A stretch of 64,000 nucleotides of DNA. Source: a virus. Lineage: Duplodnaviria; Caudoviricetes. The DNA is taken from the IMG/VR virus record IMGVR_UViG_3300028603_000001, positions 116,801 to 180,800 of that record. One strand, 5' to 3'. Under the pieces are notes generated by a model, which saw only the letters and a list, made by a program, of their open reading frames with translations, searched no databases and had not been told where the DNA came from. Positions within the stretch are counted from its first letter, which is position 1; each line of letters starts with the position of its first letter. Shown here piece by piece: positions 60,101 to 64,000 of this stretch. Both the position numbers and the translations under genes were made by a program.

Positions 60101-60711
60101 GTATCTAAATCGATTGCTTCAACGTCTTCCTCACCTGTTTCAGTTTCAGTTTGTGTCACTTCTTCAGCGTCATCACTGTCAACATCCTCAACATCATTTT
60201 CAAACGCAACTTCATCTGGTGTTTTTTGGTCATTATCTACAGCAACTTCTGCTGATGTATCTGTATCTACATCTGCTGGTGCTTCGTTTGCAACTTTACC
60301 TACTTGACCAATTAATTCAAACCCTTTTCCCTCAACGTGACAATTAGGACATTCTTCTTCTGTGTTGTATAGTTCATCATTATCTGGATCAGTTTCTAAT
60401 TGATCGAATTCGATAAATCTATTGGTGTGGCATTTAATACATTGCAGAATAGCTTGACCAACATAATCAATATTGTCTTTGACATGTTCTAAACTATCCG
60501 CGTTAACATCAATAACCTCTATTTCATCAACAAGTTCAGATTCATGCATAAATTTTTTAGCATCTTCTATTTCATTTTTTCCTGCTCTGAGATTAAATTC
60601 TTTTGCTTCTCTAACTATTTTCCTTACCTTTGGTTTAAGCAATACTTCTTCATCAGCTACTGAATTAAGATCTCTGAAAGCATCTAATAAACTATCATAA
60701 TTTTTTGTCAT
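57103..60711 (-). CDS. Large acidic protein, probable prohead core/internal head protein with Zn ribbon
   Basis: CIKC..CPNC; very acidic; many (L/I)xE(S/N/D/A) motifs; late motif at 60805. Confidence 0.55.
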   Translation of the reverse strand: MTKNYDSLLDAFRDLNSVADEEVLLKPKVRKIVREAKEFNLRAGKNEIEDAKKFMHESELVDEIEVIDVNADSLEHVKDNIDYVGQAILQCIKCHTNRFIEFDQLETDPDNDELYNTEEECPNCHVEGKGFELIGQVGKVANEAPADVDTDTSAEVAVDNDQKTPDEVAFENDVEDVDSDDAEEVTQTETETGEEDVEAIDLDTELDYVPEEEDDGMTTTVTDDTDDEEFELPQLGDLFDSDKVRKDDTVEDEEDEDEDKEEVEEAKQVKTTKPLTKKLRLPTRESLDKLRAIKLNLTEELVHRIILPESINKVIVTNTDNKKIYEGMMSELPIKLIDSAIDGFNVGNGYLSCNIDLDEHEVELPLAKILNSFNDDETTKIIIWDCETDRELFNGSKQGALARFGHCQFVSLDAPKTLCIKVKDAGEDIYTDNIEDQSLSAEDELCDKIFTVNDLAKYNVDSPRSEEFWIKESIHNREDLEVLFEKYVKNTDDKKLIEQFKKITGYKDELDEMLEKHDVKVIDQKDINEGVSADQFKEILNLATKLGMTLFQLQAFARKHGDVEGIELLDLLRKKASEQNNQVTEDLNKEVVSFKTRKDLSEAVSKLRAENKKYKVQRSLKENYRYDLITEAADPDFEFEPGEYEEYIEEAKNLAKQIKTWDVQKCEKLFNEYEFFKTEPQDEAEQIIFDALDARLTELYGGNSKKDFRGKMTDILKDVKTYSLKKAEELYYDVFGFDAVEPKNEEEQKVADALINRIEQISTKKPVIAGEALEEDFEIEEINESLTEKFTVVTKDKGEEEFVQGFDDEQEARIFAKRQSKNRGDVWFDVKKDDEVVASYKWGEKVDLSESIDRTLLAAVQDAYGFNKKEALNWIKTATKEEKEAIVKGFKQDAKKNFYEDVENEEEDEQKLSESVNLVTTAKKLKQMFDGDPQYFDEAADIIIYWYEREDNIAALKDPELSDILDLLDAASSPSEREIVAKAIGPDADFIFDDEDEDDDDWKNFEESTLYGEDLELWISRYMKEYHPKGITESQVKDVLDDLRNGVIEGEGKVLAYEEAEEFIQKFVIGLNESKINLDEDEDLEEEVNIKPFFSEADDEIDFDAELFDEELNKYFDEAYEDTVIFKTMGGAVDVKGNVVLEGIIRSENSEANVKFTLTPKTEINESLEKHNLTETLKNTLFKVTNNLSEEVFEFKINDSEK

Positions 60712-60939
60712 AATTTCTAATTTCTCCTTTAATGCCTTTTTATTCTAGCTTAGGCATAACTAGTTTTGTTTGCTTTGTAATGATATGTTTTATTAATATC
60801 TAAATAATTTAGCACAAAACTATATGTCTATATTTATGGTTCAATATTATTTTTCAGTTAAACCCAAATATAAAGTAAAAGAAAAAACCTAAACAATAAT
60901 AAAGGATTGATTTAGGTTTTGTAATAATAACTATAATCG

Positions 60940-61136
60940 AGCAATCAAATTTTAAAGTATTTGTCTTTTAGGGAGTTTTAAGGAATAAGAGATTGTTAAT
61001 CAATTACTTAAGTATAAAATGGTGCGCAGATTTTGGAGAGGAGCACATCATTCTACTCTCTTGCAGTTTTATTTGTGTACATAATGTTTTATAAGAGGTC
61101 GAGGGGTTACAAGAACAACTCTAAAATTGATTGCTG
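60940..61136 (-). ncRNA. Candidate ~200-nt structured ncRNA
   Basis: Ends pair (AGCAATCAATTTTAGAGT / ACTTTAAAATTTGATTGCT); promoter motif at 61141 and hairpin at 60884-60920; no ORF. Confidence 0.55.
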
Positions 61137-61403
61137 TAATAATATACAATTTAAAAAATCATTTTCGCAATTAAATTATATTAGAATTAAAAAGATTTAA
61201 ATAAAAGTAAAAAAAGGTAATTATCACCGCAGTAGTAATTACACTTTCGATTTGTTCTTTTTATTAAAACAGTCTACATCAAGAGATGTAGACTATTCCC
61301 ACATATTGAGATTAGTAGTTTCCTTCAAAGATACCCATACAATTCATAATGAAAGAGAGTATGCAAACCTTCCTACCATTTACTCAACTTGAAGTACAAT
61401 ACA

Positions 61404-61583
61404 CTAATGATTAAGATATTCTTTAATTTCTCTTCTTGCAATTTTCTTTCGCCAAATTCTTTTTTCTTTACGATAAATCATTTTATCTTTAGTAAAAACT
61501 TTTGGTTCTTTAAACATACCATCTTGTGTTAAATCCCACGCAGGTCCACGCAACCAGAGAAACTTTTCCGTACCTTGTTTCAT
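61404..61583 (-). CDS. Small basic protein, 59 aa
   Basis: GAGGAG SD; MKQGTEKFLWLRGPAW... Confidence 0.55.
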   Translation of the reverse strand: MKQGTEKFLWLRGPAWDLTQDGMFKEPKVFTKDKMIYRKEKRIWRKKIARREIKEYLNH

Positions 61584-61614
61584 AAATAAGTCTCCTCAAA
61601 TTTAATTGTTTATA

Positions 61615-62040
61615 TTAATCAATTATTTTAGAAATAAGTGTTGTTAATAACGATTGTTCACCAGATTTTTTGTTTACCTCAAAATACTTTTCTTGCTTCT
61701 TTCTATTATAATCAATAAGAGAATATTTTATTTTAAATTTATATTTATTTTCTTCAATAACTTCATATTTAATATCATCTAAATTTTCAGTATACATATC
61801 ACCTATCCATACTTCGCGGATAACTGTTTCATTTAGAGCTGTATTAGTATATAAATACATAAAATAAATATCTGAAATGCTTCTATTAATTAATCCATTG
61901 TTATTGCGTTCAACATATTTAAAGCAATAACCTTTTGGATTTTCAATTTTAAATGACAGAACAGAAAAATCATTTTTTAAGCTATTATATTCAAATCTTA
62001 ATAAATCCAATTCTTTTTTAAGGTTTCTTTTTGTTAACAT
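61615..62040 (-). CDS. Hypothetical protein
   Basis: GAGGA SD. Confidence 0.55.
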   Translation of the reverse strand: MLTKRNLKKELDLLRFEYNSLKNDFSVLSFKIENPKGYCFKYVERNNNGLINRSISDIYFMYLYTNTALNETVIREVWIGDMYTENLDDIKYEVIEENKYKFKIKYSLIDYNRKKQEKYFEVNKKSGEQSLLTTLISKIID

Positions 62041-62083
62041 AATTATACTTTATCCTCGCTTAATAAATATACCTTATTATATA

Positions 62084-62872
62084 TTATTTTCTTTTCAATA
62101 TCAACATTTTATGCGTTATATCTCTCATAGTGTGGTCAAAGTCTTTCTTAACCATATTTCTTTTATGCTCTAAAGTATAAGCTCTTTCGTAAACAATTTC
62201 GTACTCTTCAGACATTACTAATTTATCATGAATTTCACTCCAAGGTGTAGAGAAATAGTCTTCCCTTACTTCAGTATCCCAATTTTCTACATAGGTATAT
62301 TTTAAGAAGAAGTGATACATATTCTTTTTGTTATCTATAGGTCCCCAAATCTTTTCAAAATCTTCAATCATATAGTTTGGAACCCTATTAACTATTCTTC
62401 TACGAGTTGTTGTTGTATCAATTGGTTCACTAAAACTAATTGGAGCAGCCATATCTCTGATAACAACTGTATCAAATTTTTTCATCAGCTCTATTGCTTT
62501 TTGTTCATCTTCTGAATCTAATTCGTGAAGAACACTACTAAAAATAATTAAACTCTTCTTATCTATTTTCAAATTTCTTATAATGTCGATGTATTCTTCT
62601 AAATCTTCTCTGTGCATAATGAATGATATATCATATCTTGAACTAGAGTCTTCTGCAATCATACATAATTCTGCATTTGGTTCAAGTCCTACCATAATTG
62701 GTTTTTCGTCGCTAGCTGTATATAGATTAGCAATACGTCTAAGCATACGCCCATTTGCACATCCAAAATCAACTATCAACCCAAATTGGCTCATATCTAT
62801 TTGATTGATAAAGAATAATTTTTCTTGTAAACTCTTTTCTAACCCATTGATATACACATTTAAATCTTTCAT
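62084..62872 (-). CDS. Class I SAM-dependent methyltransferase
   Basis: IVDFGCANG, FSSVLHE, VIRD. Confidence 0.75.
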   Translation of the reverse strand: MKDLNVYINGLEKSLQEKLFFINQIDMSQFGLIVDFGCANGRMLRRIANLYTASDEKPIMVGLEPNAELCMIAEDSSSRYDISFIMHREDLEEYIDIIRNLKIDKKSLIIFSSVLHELDSEDEQKAIELMKKFDTVVIRDMAAPISFSEPIDTTTTRRRIVNRVPNYMIEDFEKIWGPIDNKKNMYHFFLKYTYVENWDTEVREDYFSTPWSEIHDKLVMSEEYEIVYERAYTLEHKRNMVKKDFDHTMRDITHKMLILKRK

Positions 62873-62910
62873 CTTTCCTCCCTTTTTTCTGCGCTTGAAT
62901 TACTTTTTGA

Positions 62911-62984
62911 AGGGGCAACCAGGACTCGAACCTAGGATCTACGGATTAGCGGTCCGCTACTCTAACCAATTGAGTTACTGCCCC
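62911..62984 (-). tRNA. Atypical tRNA, anticodon GCT (Ser), short variable loop, C33, no encoded CCA
   Basis: GGGGCAG/TTGCCCC; GCGGA-CCGCTAA-TCCGT; GGTTCGAGTCC. Confidence 0.7.
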
Positions 62985-63006
62985 ATTATACTATATGTTA
63001 TAAAAG

Positions 63007-63074
63007 CGGAGATGAGGGATTCGAACCCTCTCAGGCCGCTAAGCCCTTTCCCACGTCGTCTAGAACAACTCTCC
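63007..63074 (-). pseudogene. Truncated tRNA-Ser-like remnant
   Basis: GGAGAGTTG...GAGGGTTCGAATCCCTC-ATCTCCG with a variable-arm-like hairpin; D and anticodon arms missing. Confidence 0.5.
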
Positions 63075-63110
63075 ATTTAAATACACATACTTTATGATTT
63101 ATATTTTAAT

Positions 63111-63198
63111 TGGTGGTGGGAAGTAGAATCGAACTACCCCACAGCGTGATTATACGTTTGTATATCTACACTTGCTCTGCCCACTGAGCTACCCCACC
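63111..63198 (-). tRNA. tRNA-like RNA with extended anticodon arm and CCA end
   Basis: GGTGGGG/TCCCACC-A-CCA; D arm GCTC..GAGC; T arm GGTAG TTCGATT CTACT; 20 nt between AGTGT and ACGCT. Confidence 0.65.
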
Positions 63199-63231
63199 TT
63201 AACATTTTTACTACATTTAATTATACACTAA

Positions 63232-63594
63232 TTAATTGTCATATTTAATAATAAAGCCATGTTTATTTTTATTTTTCATTATGTTGATCATATGTTCAGT
63301 TCCTTTTGATTTACCATCCCAGAAAGCAACTAAAATATCTCCTGCTTCAGCCATCTCTGTGTTACGAATATATCCTGCTGATTTTCCATATTTATCCCAA
63401 TCAGGTCTAAACTGCAATACTTTATAACCTTTATTATGAGCATATATCTCACCTAATTTATCTGCACCATTAGCTGTTCCTGATATAATAGTAATATCAT
63501 CTAATATATGTTCTTCTCTAATAATATCATCTAATGTTTCTTCTAATAATTTATAATCATTAAAAGTGCGAGTTCCTGCGATAATAACTTTCAT
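63232..63594 (-). CDS. SLOG family (DUF2493/YspA-like) protein
   Basis: IIAGTRTFNDY, ISGTANGAD, DWDKYGKSAGYIRN, AFWDGKSKGT. Confidence 0.85.
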   Translation of the reverse strand: MKVIIAGTRTFNDYKLLEETLDDIIREEHILDDITIISGTANGADKLGEIYAHNKGYKVLQFRPDWDKYGKSAGYIRNTEMAEAGDILVAFWDGKSKGTEHMINIMKNKNKHGFIIKYDN

Positions 63595-63618
63595 AATAAA
63601 CCTAACCTACTTTATAAA

Positions 63619-63692
63619 TGGAAACCTCGACTGGATTCGAACCAGTGATCAGAGTGTTGCAGACTCCTGCCTTGCCGCTTGGCTACGAGATC
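63619..63692 (-). tRNA. tRNA-Cys(GCA)
   Basis: GGAGT-CTGCAAC-ACTCT; U73; CCA. Confidence 0.9.
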
Positions 63693-63696
63693 ATTT

Positions 63697-63772
63697 TGGC
63701 GACTATGACGGGATTCGAACCCGCAATCTCCAGCGTGACAGGCTGGCACGATAACCGTTTCGCTACATAGCC
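63697..63772 (-). tRNA. tRNA-Asp(GTC)
   Basis: CCAGC-CTGTCAC-GCTGG; G73; CCA. Confidence 0.95.
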
Positions 63773-63781
63773 GTTTGTAAT

Positions 63782-63858
63782 TGGTGGGTCGAGTGAGATT
63801 CGAACTCACGCTTGATAGCTTCTAAAACTACTTTCTCTGCCAGTTGGAATACCGACCC
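63782..63858 (-). tRNA. tRNA-Leu(TAG), short variable loop
   Basis: GTAGT-TTTAGAA-GCTAT; A73; CCA. Confidence 0.85.
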
Positions 63859-63874
63859 TTGTATATGCTATAGA

Positions 63875-63949
63875 TGGTGTGATAAAAGGGAATCGAACCC
63901 TTATTCGTGGATTCACAGTCCACTGCGTTACCATTACGCCATTATCACC
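63875..63949 (-). tRNA. tRNA-His(GTG)
   Basis: GTGGA-CTGTGAA-TCCAC; G-1; A73; CCA. Confidence 0.9.
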
Positions 63950-63978
63950 ATATAAATAAGGGATTACCCCTTTTAAAT

Positions 63979-64000
63979 TGGAAGTATAGGCGAGAATTGA
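63979..64000 (-). tRNA. 3' end of a further tRNA (cut by window edge)
   Basis: ...TCAATTCTCGCCTATACTTCCA. Confidence 0.55.

Noticed and set aside
8660-63809. Many short plus-strand ORFs in the track (e.g. 9920, 11903, 47209, 57125) and ORFs over tRNAs (62805, 63566, 63612)
   Set aside because: Antisense shadows of well-supported minus-strand genes or tRNAs, without SD sites
63782-63858. Ochre suppressor reading (TTA) of the TTTAGAA loop
   Set aside because: The 5-bp stem register puts TAG at positions 34-36
1-64000. Genome-wide stop codon reassignment
   Set aside because: Long intact ORFs in code 11; TAA, TAG and TGA all end genes followed by new SD sites
1-64000. CRISPR array or cas genes
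   Set aside because: No regularly spaced repeat-spacer array; the tandem repeats are in-frame coding repeats

Overview
AT-rich segment of a large lytic tailed phage, translated in standard code 11, with strong Shine-Dalgarno sites and sigmaA-like promoters. The host is inferred to be a low-GC Bacillota, possibly Acholeplasmatales. 1-7 kb (+ strand): ATP-dependent DNA ligase, a c-di-GMP-I riboswitch-led cassette of two SipW-type secreted proteins, a kinase-phosphatase-RNA ligase and dUTPase. 7-26 kb (-): tail fibre/receptor-binding cluster (LRR, Kelch, 19-aa repeat fibres), then long HPF and ribosomal protein bS21. 26-56 kb (-): dozens of small genes each driven by a sigmaA-like promoter, plus an RlaP-like nucleotidyltransferase, a QueC-like PP-loop ATPase, a DUF2828 (TROVE-like/vWA) gene and guanylate kinase. 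55-61 kb: probable head-associated acidic proteins. 61-64 kb: a candidate ncRNA, a methyltransferase, a SLOG protein and a tRNA cluster containing several atypical tRNAs. The best candidate for an undescribed system is the DUF2828 gene. It is surrounded by four covarying stem+WWACAGCU RNA motifs: one encloses a complete circularly permuted tRNA(GAA), and one closes over the gene's own RBS. Other highlights are the riboswitch-controlled secreted-protein moron, a portal-like insertion in the ligase and promoter-in-hairpin cassettes. All family assignments come from motif recognition by eye; no searches were run.
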